Positions 12,463-25,400 of a stretch of DNA of 64,000 bases are shown in pieces. The notes beneath the pieces were generated by a model that worked only from the letters and a program-made list of their open reading frames with translations, did no database searches and had not been told where the DNA came from. A program made the translations under genes and the position numbers. This DNA is from Anthoceros angustus (Eukaryota > Plantae > Anthocerotophyta): NCBI GenBank assembly GCA_010909165.1, contig MU008209.1, forward strand, positions 62,001-126,000. Direction: 5' to 3'. How positions within the stretch are numbered: position 1 is the stretch's first letter; each line of letters starts with the position of its first letter.

Positions 12463-13156
12463 TTACTCATTTTCATTGACGCTGTTGATTGATTGAAGAT
12501 TATTTATCTCGTTTGAATTTTATCTTTGCATTCGTTCAGACATTTTGTCGTAATCTATGTAATTGCCATATTTAAGTCCCATGGCTGGATATGTACATAC
12601 TTGATCAATTGCTCTAGCTATTTCACAAGTCTGCACAACGATGAGCAAGGTAGGCGTTGTCAGCTATTGTGGGCTTTTTAGTCAGTTACCTCTAGCTTCA
12701 TGGAGCCTCGAGCCATCGTTGAAAGGTTGAGCCTCCGAATCGATCACCTCCGGATTGTAAGGCTTTTTGGGCCTTTCAATGGATCATCTACATTGTTGTC
12801 TTTCAGAGTCCCTAAATGAATGGAAGATACATATTCGATCTATATATTAACGACTAAAAAAAGAGCTTAAAAAAAAGGCCAATAAATCATACATAACGTG
12901 AATATATTTTATATTACATAAATATTTAGAAATATATAGATTTATATAATATAGTTTTAAACTGATTATTTATATATTATAATACAATATATAATTTTAT
13001 ATAGGTATTCGCCAAATATTTCACATCTCACAACGTGCTTCTCTCCCTTTCGTGCCCGGATCGTTGATCGTTGCGCGGAAGCTGTGCGAGGTGTACCGAC
13101 ACGAGCACTTAAAGCCTATTGGATTCTGCCAGTCTTCCGACAGCGGTCCACGAACG

Positions 13157-16100
13157 ATGGCCACTGTATGGCAACCGGACCCGTTGTGGACCCAACAAAT
13201 TGGTGTGTATACAGGGATACTACAAAGAGCTCCCGCTCACCTCATCTTAGGGAGTGAACCCCTGGCAAACGAAGCCTCCAGGTGCAGCAGGGTAAGGAGC
13301 CCAGCAGTTCCACATCCGAGAAAATGTGTGGGTGGGGACGGGTTTTCCGGCGATTGTCGTTGCCAGGAGCAGGAGCACTTGTGGCAACCATTCTTCTTGG
13401 ACCCTACCATGTGGTGGGACAATAGACGAGGTAAGAAGAGCTCCCGTTCGCCTCACTTCCGGCGTAAGGGGTCTGGCGAGGTGCTGTGGTTAAACAACAT
13501 GTTAAAGCCAGATTGGGTTGATGGGCAGCTCGTTTCCTTGGATATGCAGATGGGTCACGGTGCCTCTCCTTCCAAGTCCAGCTCTCCGGATATGCTTGAA
13601 GCTGGCAGGTGTGCAGTATCGGAAATGGGCGTCGTAACGGCTGGAACCGTGAGCATGTTATGCCAGCAGGGGAAGCTTTCTGAGGCCGTTGGAGCCCTGG
13701 AATCTCTGGCGCAGACGGACTCTGCTGTTTCTCAGTCTCTGTTTTACTCTGTGCTAAAATTCTGTGCAGCTGAGAAAGCTCTGGTTGTTGGGCGACGAGT
13801 TCATGCCCTCAGTGTCAAACTCGGGTACGAGTCGGATGCATACTTGGGGAACCATATCTTGCGCATGTATGCATGTGGAGGTAGGCTGCAGGAGGCCATG
13901 GATGTGTTCACCAGGGTGGGCAAACCAAATGCCTTCATGTGGTTTTCCATAATCTCTGCATATGCTAAGCATGGGAAACCTAAGGAGGCCATACAACTGT
14001 ACCATGAGATGCGTAGGTCAGGAGTGAAGGCGGATGCTCACGTCTTTGTAGCTGCCCTTCAAGCTTGTGCATTTGCCGCCGACTTGGAATCTGGCAGAAA
14101 AGTGCACTGTGATGTGGTGCAGAGTGGCATTCCTACTAACTTGTTTGTTGGCAACTGCCTGGTGGACATGTATGCAAAATGTGGCGAACTGAAAGATGCA
14201 CGCCAGGTTTTTGACAGCATGGCCACAAAGGATGTGGTGACATGGACGGTGCTGATGGCTGGGTATTCCCAGCAAGGGCTCGGGCAAGAGGCACTTGCTG
14301 TGTATGGGCAAATGGAGCAGGAGGGGCTGATTTTGGCTAACCATGTTACTTTTGCTTGCCTTCTGAAGGCCTGTGCCAGCACTGGTGCCTTACAGGAGGG
14401 CAGACAGCTGCACTCGCAGATTGTTGAAAGAGGACTGCTGGATGGCATAGTGGTGGGCGGCCTGGTGGACATGTATGTAAAATGTGGTGAAGTGAAAGTT
14501 GCACGCCAGGTTTTTGAAAGTGTGGCCAAAAAGGATGTGGTGACATGGAGTGCCCTGATTGCTGGGTATGCACAGCAAGGACTCAGCCAAGAGGCGCTTG
14601 TTCTGTACGGGCAAATGGAGCAAGATGGCTTGATTTTGGCTAACCATGTTACTTTTGCTTGCCTTCTGAAGGCCTGTGCAAGCACTGGTGCCTTATCAAG
14701 GGGCAGGCAACTGCACTCATTGATTGTGGAAAGAGGGCTGCTGGATGACATAGTGGTAGGCACCTGCCTGGTGGACATGTATGCAAAATGTGGCGAACTG
14801 AAAGAGGCACGCCAGGTTTTTGACATCTTGGCCACAAAGAATGTGGTTACATGGACCGCCCTGATTGCTGGGTATGCACAGCAAGGACTCAGCCAAGAGG
14901 CGCTTGTTGTGTATGGACAAATGGAGGAGGCGGGCCTCATTTTGGCTGACCATGTTACTTTTGCTTGCCTTCTGAAGGCCTGTGGAAGCACTGGTGCCTT
15001 ACAGAAGGGCAGGCAGCTGCACTCACAGATTGTCGAAAGAGGACTGCTGGATGACGTAGTGGTGGGCAACTGCCTGGTGGACATGTATGCAAAATGTGGT
15101 GAACTGGAAGATGCACGCCAGGTTTTTGACAGCTTGGCCAAAGGATGTGGTGACATGGACCCTGATTGCTGGGTATGCACAGCAAGGACTTGGGCCAAGA
15201 GGCGCTTGTTGTATGGACAAATGGAGCAGGAGGGCCTCATTTTGGCTGACCATGTTACTTTTGCTTGCCTTCTGAAGGCCTGTGCAAGCACTGGTGCCTT
15301 ACAGAAGGGCAGGCAGCTGCACTCAGATTGTGGAAAGAGGACTGCTGGATGACATAGTGGTGGGCACCTGCCTGGTGGACATGTATGCAAAATGTGGTGA
15401 ACTGGAAGATGCACGCCAGGTTTTTGACAGCACAAAGGATGTGGTGACATGGACCGCCCTGATTGCTGGGTATGCACAGCAAGGACTCAGCCAAGAGGCG
15501 CTTGTTGTATGGACAAATGGAGGAGGGCCTCATTTTGGCTGACCATGTTACTTTTGCTTGCCTTCTGAAGGCCTGTGCAAGCACTGGTGCCTTACAGAAG
15601 GGCAGGCAGCTGCACTCACAGATTGTCAAAGAGGACTGCTGGATGGCATAGTGGTGGGCAACTGCCTGGTGGACATGTATGCAAAATGTGGTGAACTGGA
15701 AGATGCACGCCAGGTTTTTGACAGCTTGGCCAAAGGATGTGGTGACATGGACCCTGATTGCTGGGTATGCACAGCAAGGACTTGGGCCAAGAGGCGCTTG
15801 TTGTATGGACAAATGGAGCAGGAGGGCCTCATTTTGGCTGACCATGTTACTTTTGCTTGCCTTCTGAAGGCCTGTGCAAGCACTGGTGCCTTACAGAAGG
15901 GCAGGCAGCTGCACTCAGATTGTGGAAAGAGGACTGCTGGATGACATAGTGGTGGGCACCTGCCTGGTGGACATGTATGCAAAATGTGGTGAACTGGAAG
16001 ATGCACGCCAGGTTTTTGACAGCACAAAGGATGTGGTGACATGGACCGCCCTGATTGCTGGGTATGCACAGCAAGGACTCAGCCAAGAGGCGCTTGTTGT

Positions 16101-17246
16101 ATGGACAAATGGAGGAGGGCCTCATTTTGGCTGACCATGTTACTTTTGCTTGCCTTCTGAAGGCCTGTGCAAGCACTGGTGCCTTACAGAAGGGCAGGCA
16201 GCTGCACTCACAGATTGTCAAAGAGGACTGCTGGATGGCATAGTGGTGGGCACTGCCTGGTGGACATGTATGCAAAATGTGGTGAACTGGAAGATGCACG
16301 CCAGGTTTTTGACAGCATGAACACAAAGGATGTGGTGACATGGAATGCCCTGATATCTGGGTATGGTACTTGTGATGATGGTCACAGAGCACTAGCTTGT
16401 TTTGAGGAGATGTTAGTTGCCGGTTTTCAGCCTGATGGTGCTACTTTTACTTGCCTTCTAGTAGCATGCAGTCATGAGGGACTAGTCCATGAGGGTCGCA
16501 AGCACTTTGATTCCATGGCTGAACAGCATGGCATCAAACCTACTATTGAGCATTACACCTGCATGATTGATCTTCTTGGGCGTGCAGGCCATTTAGATGA
16601 GGCTGAGAATATGCTCTTATTATGCGAGGGCCAAAGTGATGTTGTGGCATTGATGTCTTTGCTGAATGCCTGCAAAAGTCACGGGGATATAGAGAGGGCG
16701 ACGTGGTGTTTTGAAAGCATTGTTAGGCTGGACCCTCAGCGGGCGTCTGCGTATGTGCTCATGGCCAATGCCTATGCAGATGCAGGTATGTGGACCGACG
16801 TAGACAGGATTGAGACAGAGAGAATGGTAGCAGGAGCTAACAAGAAACCTGCAGTGGCGACCATTGAGGTGGAGAAGCAGGTACATACATTTGCGGTGGG
16901 TGAAAGACGAGATGATATTGCGCTAAAGGTAGAGAGCACGAATGCACGTCTGAAGCGGGAAGGAGGCCACGTACCTCACACAAAATTGGTGTTGAAGCCA
17001 CTGTCTGAGAAGGAAAAGGAAGATGCACTTTGTGGGCATGCTGAGAAGCTAGCTCTGGCGTTTGGTCTCTTGAACACGCCGAGTGGGACACCTCTGGTGG
17101 TAACAAAGAATCTACGCATGTGCAGTGACTGCCACAGTTCCACGCAGACCATGTCAAGGCTTGAACAGAGAGACATTGTTGTAAGAGATGGGTACCGCGT
17201 GCATCGATTCGCAGCTGGTTGCTGCAGTTGTAAGGGTCGACCGTGA
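13157..17246 (+). CDS. PLS-class PPR RNA-editing factor with E1/E2 and DYW:KP domain ending GRP, plus N-terminal OSB-type PDF-like motif; frameshifted in 15130-16260
   Basis: Repeated P/L/S motifs (VVTWTALIAGYAQQG / HVTFACLLKACASTG / LVDMYAKCGELEDARQVFD). C-terminus has KKPAVATIEV...HAEKLALAFGLL...KNLRMCSDCH...CSCKGRP. First ATG 13157; stop 17246. Confidence 0.9.
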
Positions 17247-17399
17247 GAAAAATGAAGAACTAGCCAGTGAGAACATTGCTTTCGGGGGTGAATGTGCTTG
17301 GTTAACTCCAATCCTATCCAAGCTTAGATACGGACATGGAAGGGTAACACTCACTTGAAATGGCAGTTCGTGCTGAAGTACACTGTCTGGAATCGCATC

Positions 17400-17650
17400 A
17401 GATGGACGCAATGGGCCGTGCAGGCTACTTGTACGATGCAGTCAGAACGTTTTCTGCGAAGCATGCCCGCGGTTAGGCATGCTTGACTGTGTGGGTTGGA
17501 CATCTTTGCGAACTGTGGGCAGAAAGCATGGGAACTTGAAGCTTGGAAGGTGCTGCTTCAATCAACTATCGCAACATGAACCTCAACTGGCTGCTAGCTA
17601 TGTGCTCATGTATGCAGATGCAGCTATGCATGTCCAACATGTATGCAGAT
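17400..17650 (+). pseudogene. Degenerate PPR S2/E-domain remnant
   Basis: MDAMGRAGYLYDA and WTSLRTVGRKHGNLKLGRCCFNQLSQHEPQLAASYVLMYADA resemble the S2-E1-E2 segment of the upstream gene. Confidence 0.55.
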
Positions 17651-17904
17651 GCAGCTATGCATGTCCAACATGCATTCATGTGAGAGGAAGCAAACATGGC
17701 AAATCTTCTGGTGCTCAAACAAGCCTGCAAGGGCAATCAATTGAAGTATTGCTGTCTGGAATCGCCGACGGATGCGACTCCCCTGTCTGGAATTGCCGTC
17801 TTATGCGATTCTACGGATCAAAGTTTGATATTAAGCATTTTGTCTTGAGTCGCCGTATGATACTCAAATATTCATATGCCGATTGCATTACGCTCAGGAA
17901 AGCT

Positions 17905-18014
17905 ACTAATAGATGCCTCAAGTTTAAAGGGCTAATAGATGGCTCAAATTCAAAGGCTTTACTAGATGCCTCAAATTTAAAGGCTCTAATAGATGCCTCA
18001 AATTTAAAGGCTCT
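17905..18014. repeat. 27-nt tandem repeat CTAATAGATGCCTCAAATTTAAAGGCT, ~4 copies
   Basis: Direct repeats visible. Confidence 0.8.
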
Positions 18015-18204
18015 CGGTATGGTTCAACACTTGGGGCAGTTGGTATTGGCATTTGATGATTGAAAACGGCAAAGCCCACAGCTCCGGGCCTGCGGCGAGA
18101 ATGCGATGTTGATTGTGGCGATACTAAACCTCCAAGCCTGCAGCCTGCCATGGCAGGCATTGCCTTCTGCAATGGTGTGTTGGAATTGAGGATTCTTGGA
18201 CTCT

Positions 18205-18425
18205 TGTTCGAGTCATGCTTCTTTGTTTTGGGAGGAAAAAAAATGAGGTTACTAGCTCGAGTATGCTTCTTTGTTTTGGGAGATAAAAATCCGAGGTTAC
18301 TAGTTTGAGTCATGCTTCTTTGTTTTGGGAGATAAAAATCCGAGGTTACTAGTTTGAGTCATGCTTCTTTGTTTTGGGAGATAAAAATCCTAGGTTATTG
18401 GTTCGAGTCATACTTCTTTGTTTTG
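18205..18425. repeat. ~49-50-nt tandem repeat (GAGTCATGCTTCTTTGTTTTGGGAGATAAAAATCCGAGGTTACTAG), ~4-5 copies
   Basis: Direct repeats visible. Confidence 0.85.
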
Positions 18426-19733
18426 GCCAGCATAGTTTGTGTCGTAGAAGTGATGGATAATAGGTTCGGTTTAAAATCCCCTTATTCTAATGATTCATAG
18501 TCTTGAACTTAAAATCATGGAAATTATTTTCAAATTTCAACGGTTTTCTAAGCACGTTGTTTGAAATTACTATGCCCTAATATTCATAATCGTAAATTGT
18601 ATTGGAATCGGAACGGTGAAGAGAGGCATGACATGTCCAAGTTTCTTCCCTTTTCTCGAGCTCACTATAGGCAGCGACTATCTTTCTACGGAGGTCATAG
18701 CAATTGAACATGTGTTTTGTGTGTTGGACACCATCTTTGTGAGCGACCAAGGCTGCATCGTGATCGGAAGTGTGAAAGATGGTATGTTCTTTCTCATTCG
18801 GTGTGAATCATGCATTATAATGCTTGCGGAGAATGGGCTTCTTGTTTGACGAAGGCAAGTTGTCATGATTCAAACCTATGAAAGCCGAAACACGTTTAGG
18901 GCATGAACTTCCTTCTATATCAAAATTGCAAAAGGTTGATGAACAAGCGAAGCCCAGAGATGCCGGGTGTTTGCGCAAGCAAGCGACACATGGTCTAATG
19001 CATGTAAATCATAATATGCATGGGTGCATGACAAGTGATTGTAAGCCCTAGTGTTAATAGGGACGCAGGCACATCGGCGCTCACAAAAAACCTATCGAAG
19101 GATGCCAGCATGCCGGCGCCCTATGGAGGAAGCATAAGAGCATAGGATGCTAGCATATTGGTGTCTTCATTAATTAGTATATGTTGTTTGCGCATCATAA
19201 AATTTTGTTGTCTCCTAGAGTTAGTAAAGTGGTAAAAAACTTGGTTGAGAATCATAGATCGTGAGTTCGAGATCCAAGTTGTAGTCTTTATACTAGTTAA
19301 GTTGAGTTTCTTTTACATGAAAAGCCAAGGGCAGAGCGCCCAAGGGCAGAGCGCCGACATGCTGGTGCCTACACAGTACTCTCTGACCTCCTACCAGAAA
19401 ACACATGAAAAGCCAAAGGCAGAGCGCCGACATGCTGGCGCCTACACAGTACTCTCTGGCCTCCTACCAGAAAATACATGAAAATTCTAGATCTCGATAA
19501 CTAATACCCATTGCCTCATATAAAAAATTGCCTAAAATCGTAATCTAGTTACTGTGTAATTTTTTTGGAAGCGGCTCCGATTCTGCCAAAAGAGGCTTTG
19601 AATATTCAGCAGCTTCAAATATTATCATATTCATGTTAGTCATGTTGAGACAAGAGGTTGCATGCATGCTTTCCTCAATTGCAACATGAAGTTGCATGAG
19701 ATCCCAAAGAAAGCAATTGGATATAGATTGGGT

Positions 19734-20014
19734 GAGCTTGTTAGTAGCTACCCAAACGGGGCGAGCTTGTTATTAGCTACCCAAATGGGACGAGCTTGTT
19801 TGTAGCTATACAAATGGGGCAAGCTTGTTAGTAGCTACTCCAATGGGGCGAGCTTGTTAGTAGCTACCCAAATGGGGCGAGCTTGTTATTAGCTACCCAA
19901 ATGGGACGAGCTTGTTTGTAGCTATACACATGGGGCAAGCTTGTTAGTAGCTACCCCAATGGGATGAGCTTGTTAGTAGCTACCCAAATGGGGCGAGCTT
20001 GTTAGTGGCTACCC
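19734..20014. repeat. 29-nt tandem array GAGCTTGTTAGTAGCTACCCAAATGGGGC, ~10 copies
   Basis: Period of 29 measured (19734, 19763, 19792...). Confidence 0.9.
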
Positions 20015-20659
20015 AAGACGCACGATATTGTAATTAGCAGCTGCCTAGATGGGAGGAGCTTGCAGGATATAAGAGGGCAAGTCCTTAGAGCTTGAGAGGA
20101 TCCCTTGAGACATTGCTTAGAGCATTGTGGAGAGCTAGCTGAAAGCCTTATCTTGAGTCTAGGGGAGTAGCCAGAAAGGCATGTCTATGCTCTGATCTTT
20201 GCCACATCTCACGCTGTGAGTTGCTGACCTAGAAAGGGGTGTTACTTAAGCTACAAATATTTATAACTTTATTGAGAAAAAAATTAGCTGATTAGTCATT
20301 TTTATTGGCCAAAGGAGAGGGAGATAAAGAATTTAAATTGAATATTTGTGCAATACCACTTAACTTAACCTAGAAGCAAGTCTCGCATTTTGAGAATTCG
20401 CACTACAGAGATTATAAATGCACAAAAAGAGTGAACAACCTTGAAGATAATTGTGTTTCCAAGATCAATGGAAAATTATAATGGCTTGAAGATACAAGAT
20501 AATAGTGGCTCAAAGATGGAAGATGACAATGGCTTGAAGATGGCAAATGATCATGACTCAAAGTTGGAAGAGGAATTGTGTGACATACATTATTTTGAAT
20601 TCCACGCACAAGGGATCGATTGGTGTCGAGTGCGTTCAACTTCCCATATGATGATGAAA

Positions 20660-21475
20660 CAAATTAAACTTGAATTTATCTAACAAATTTCTACAAAGTC
20701 TTGGAATATAGTATCTTGCTCAAACAAAAGCCTTGGAAAAAGAATTAAAATTTTTATCAATAATAGTTTTAGTTTTTCTAATGGTCATTCTTTATTATGT
20801 GGATAGATAGATAAGTCGATACACAATTATTGAATGAGTTGAAGTCCACGATTTTCTTAACATGACTATTAATGTTTGTGAATGCAGTATGTACGCCACA
20901 ATGATCATGATGTCAGAGGCTACCCAAGACGAAGGCCGGTGAATCCTCCTCCAATAACAAGACTTGCACCACGTACAAGTGTCTTAAACGGTGCACCGAA
21001 TGATAATGGTGATTCTGCTTACAAAGTGCAAGGACAAGAATCGGCGATTAATTCTACAATCCATCACCATGACGCATTAATGGAAGCAAAATCATTACCC
21101 CAACGTCTATCAAAAGAATCCCAAAATCAAAAAATTACTTCTACCACTTCTACTGTAGAAGAAGGCAAAAGGCGTCAAGAAAGGTCGCTTCACCGCCATT
21201 ACAATAGAAGAATGTAAACGGGCCTTGGCCACTCCTACCATTACAGGAGGAGAAGGCAAAAAAAGCCTTGATGCACAGCCTACTTCTACCGCCAGTACAA
21301 CAGAAGAAGGCAAAAAGGGCCTTGTTGCACAGGCTACTTCTACCGCCATTACAATAGAACAAGGCAAAAAACGCCGGGGACGTCCAAAGGGGTCCAAAAA
21401 TAAGAAAACGCTTGCGAGGGAAGCTCAAAATTCTCTTATTGCTGAACAAGCTAAAAAGCGTAGATTACTTTAAAG
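20660..21475 (+). repeat. Dispersed repeat with AT-hook-coding segment (KKRRGRPKGSKNKK), probably TE-derived
   Basis: Homologous pieces recur directly at 42020-42150 and 42730-43170 and inverted at ~43640-44080. Confidence 0.7.
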
Positions 21476-22419
21476 ATTTTTTCCCGTATTTTCTTTTTCT
21501 CAATAAATAATTCACTCTCGAGAAACTTCATTAATTGCTACATACGGTAAATTTGATGTGTAGATGTTTAATTGTTGTTGCAATTGTCACCGAGGTTGTC
21601 GCTTAATGTGAAGTCACCCAAATGACCAAACTCACAGTCCATCCACCATAGGCTAGCGAATGTTCCTTGGGAACCCCTTAGACATAAGGGTCTTCCCCAA
21701 GGAACATCGTCAGTTCATTCTACATGGGTGATTGTATACGCATCTCGTCAACCTTCGGGTCCACACGTCCAAGCCTCCGCTAGCAACTAGATACCACGAC
21801 CTCTCCTTAGCGTGCAGAATACTCCATGTCCCTACTCGGGTTGGTCCATGGCCAGCTACGCCCTCCTACCTTGAGCAAGCCCTTCGTGCACTCTGCACAC
21901 AAAAGTTCACGGATCCGGATGAGTGAAGTTGGTCACCACTTGGGCAATATGATGTTAGTAGGGGTGTGATCTTAGCCTAGGTGACAAGGCTCGGTTTGGT
22001 GTTTTGTATGCGGAGTGCACGAGGGGCTTGAGCGAGGAGACTGTCGTACGACGAGTTGAGGACTCCACACCTAAGTAAGCTTGGTGGCTTCGTTGTGTGG
22101 AGCTTTCACTAGGAGTGGAGAAAGATTGTGGATCCCTTGTTACAGGTTATCATTGAGGACAATAACTTGCTATTGTTTGAAGGGGGTGAATATCAAAAGA
22201 AGGAGGAGAAAATTTAGGGTTAAGAAGTCCGTTGAGTATTTTGATCATTTTCATATTGACAACGGGCCCAAACATCATACAAAACAACTGGGTGTGGGTA
22301 CAGCCGACTGGGAGCAAACTGGGGACCGATCCCTGTGTGAGGTTCCGCCAAAATTGACAAAGTTGCACATGCAGGAGCTCACGGCTACAAAGCTCTAAAT
22401 GTTAGGGCTAACTTGTGAC

Positions 22420-25400
22420 TCAGCCGTTGCTTGCGCTCACATCGAATCAAAAACCACGGCCAAGTTCTGTGTTCGCTCAAGTTCCTGTTCATCGAAGTTG
22501 TCGATTTCAACCAAAGCTCTGGATTCCTCATTCCCGTCTGTTTCTTCGTCCTCAACATCTACCACAGGCTGCCAAACGACTTGAAGGAAAAGCCCGAAAG
22601 AGTAGAACCATTATCCAGTGTTTGTTGGCCAACCTCCAACAACGCGCTCGTCCTGGTCTTAATTCGCACTACAAGAAACTAGGCCTAGAAGTAACAAGCG
22701 GGCAGTAACAAAATCCCCGATTATGTAACGTTTTGCAGCTTTTGTAACATTCAAAATGCTTAATTCCCACGGCCAAATTCTCTGAAGAACCTATTACATC
22801 GTGTGTTGTACATGTATTTTCAGGCGTTGTACATGTATTATATCATGTATTTTCAGGCGTTGTTGGGAATTCTGTAACACTTCTGAACCATGGTTGGACC
22901 TAACCCTCGTCCTATGTACTTTTGTGTAGGTGCTGGAAGAAGCCACCTCGTGTCCATCCTCTTGGCCCACCCAGCGAGCGTGCAGTTGAGTCTGTGCATC
23001 TTGCGCCGCCGCTGGGGTTGAGCCATTTGGGGTTGACACGTCGTGGCTCTATGGGACACCATCGCGAAGACATGTACACGCGTTGGTGTCTCCGCTCTTC
23101 TCAAACCACATTGTCGCCGCTTAGGGCACGTGTATGTACGGTATTCAGACCCCATTTGTCACCTATTGGGCTAGGTCATGCTATATTAAGCAAATGTAGT
23201 TTAATTATACTGACATTTACATAAGGCTCGAATCAATGGTTTGCTAATTAATTACTTGTTCGGTGGTAGAATTTGCTTTATTATATAATAGTCCATACTA
23301 AACACTAACCATATTATGTTTAGGGTTCTTCCCTTGGGGTTATACTGCACTGAACGCATGAACCACTACCCTAACCCTCCGCAACTTTGTCCGCTTCTAC
23401 ATTAAAACTCGTCAGCGAACGGAGCAACAATGTTTCCTGATACTCGCTTTCCCTTGTCCAATTTCTTTGCTTGTCCTCTGATTGCACTCCTTGCTTGGCC
23501 GTCTTTTGGTTGTACTTGGTCTCTTCGTTCCCCCGAATTTTCCTTTCTTCCTCTCCCTACAAGCCCATCAATCCATCACATAGCTTGACCAAATCGAAAA
23601 CCCATGGAAATGGATGATGTATGCCTCCTTACCGATGGGTCTTCTAAATCATCATTGGATGTTTCTGCTTGTGCAGGTCTGTACCATTTTGCTGAAGTCG
23701 AGGGACGTGGGCAGCCGTTTTCCTCCTGGCCCGGGTCGGCGGATATGGCTAACAAGGGTTGCCCACAATCGGGCATCCTCTGGCTGGGGTTCGTGTTGGA
23801 ATGAGTGTTAGGATTCACTCCACTCCTGCCAGCAGATCTCTTCCCCTTCCCGTTTGTGCGCCCCCCTCCCTTCCTTCCCACGGTGTTCGTTGAATGAGAC
23901 CGCGTCCCTTCCAACCTTGTCTCTCCACCTTCTTCCAATTCCTGACCTTTCTCGCCCTCGGGGTCTTTGGTGCCTTTGCCTTCATCGGCACCTGCTGGGC
24001 ACGGGGGCCACTGTCAGTCTTCACAACAACATATCTGCCAAATACACAAGAAAGATCACTGTTCTTCACACGAAGAACGACCCAACACATCTCACCTTTC
24101 CTAAACGTCTCATCCCAGGAGTGCTTCACGTTTTTGACGCCCTGTTTGAAGGCCCACCGATCCTCTATCCATGTAGGGAACCTGCCCCACCCTTCGTAGA
24201 ACCTGTTTGCAAATCCCTCTCGCCCCTCCCTACCATATGGGTTCGGGCAGTACCTACCTCCTTCTCGCCCTCAACATGTCGTGGCCTTCTTTTGATGTGG
24301 TTCTGGCATCTCCCCAACTCTGATTTTGGCGTACCTTGCCTCCTCCTCCCGAATGCATTTTTCCCAAACATCCCGTGTTATGTTGGGGGGCATGCTCGGT
24401 TCCCGCTCTCCCTTCCGTCCAGTCTCCCGATGCTCAAGTACGGCCTTAATGGCTGCCTTCCTGCACCGGCATATTCTGCTTCGTTGGCATTGGCTGAATT
24501 GCTTGTTCAACATCCTCTTCGACAATCCAGGAGCATCCACCCACACTTCCTGATGCAACTCTTCCTTCAACTCCTCCATATGGTCTTTCTAATTCCTTAG
24601 ACCTCGAAGCTCAGTTTGCACTAGGTCGTTGATTTTCCGTAGGCTCTTCTGTTGGGCATCCACGCTGAGGCCACCACGTTTTGTCACATGTTGCACTGTT
24701 GCCGCCGGTGCCCTCCCAAGCTTCCCACCAGTGGCTTCATTATCCACAATTCCATCTCGCAACAATTTTTTCATGCCACACACACCCATAGCTTCTACCA
24801 CCTTCCGGAAGTGGTTTGCCATCTGGGCCGAGCTTAGCCCCCGGACTCCTGCCTCTGCTGGTGCAGCCTTAGCATAGTCCACCTGCAACTTGTCTACTAC
24901 CTCGGCTGGGGTCCGGGTGATCTCGAAGTGCAAAGGGGGCCCTCCAACCTTGACGCCCAAGCATCGTTCAAGTTCTTCAAGCATTCAACCCACGTTGTTG
25001 CCGCCTCTTCGTTGCCGTCAATTTGTAGCTCCACTAGTATCCCATCTCGAGCGTCCCATGTGTTGCGGGGATGCATGTTTCAACCGAAAGTAGGCTCTGC
25101 AATCTCCTCCCTCTCATCTATTGTCACTCCATTACCGATGGGTCTTCTAAATCATCATTGGATGTTTACCTTGTGCGGTCACCATTTTGCTGAAGTCGAG
25201 GGACGTGGGCGGCCGTTTCCTCGGCCCGGGTCGGCGGCTGGCTAACAAGGGTTGCCCAACGGGCATCCTCTGGGGTTCGTGTTGGAATGAGTGTTAGGAT
25301 TCACTCCACTCCCCAGATCTCTTCCCCTTCCCGTTTATGCGCCCCTCCTTCCTTCCACGGTGTTCGTTGAATGAGACCGCGTCCCTTCCAACCTTGTCTC

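Noticed and set aside
14059-15477. 472-aa minus-strand ORF, and similar long antisense ORFs at 8905-9840 and 23854-24600
   Set aside because: Antisense shadows of real coding or repeat sequence.
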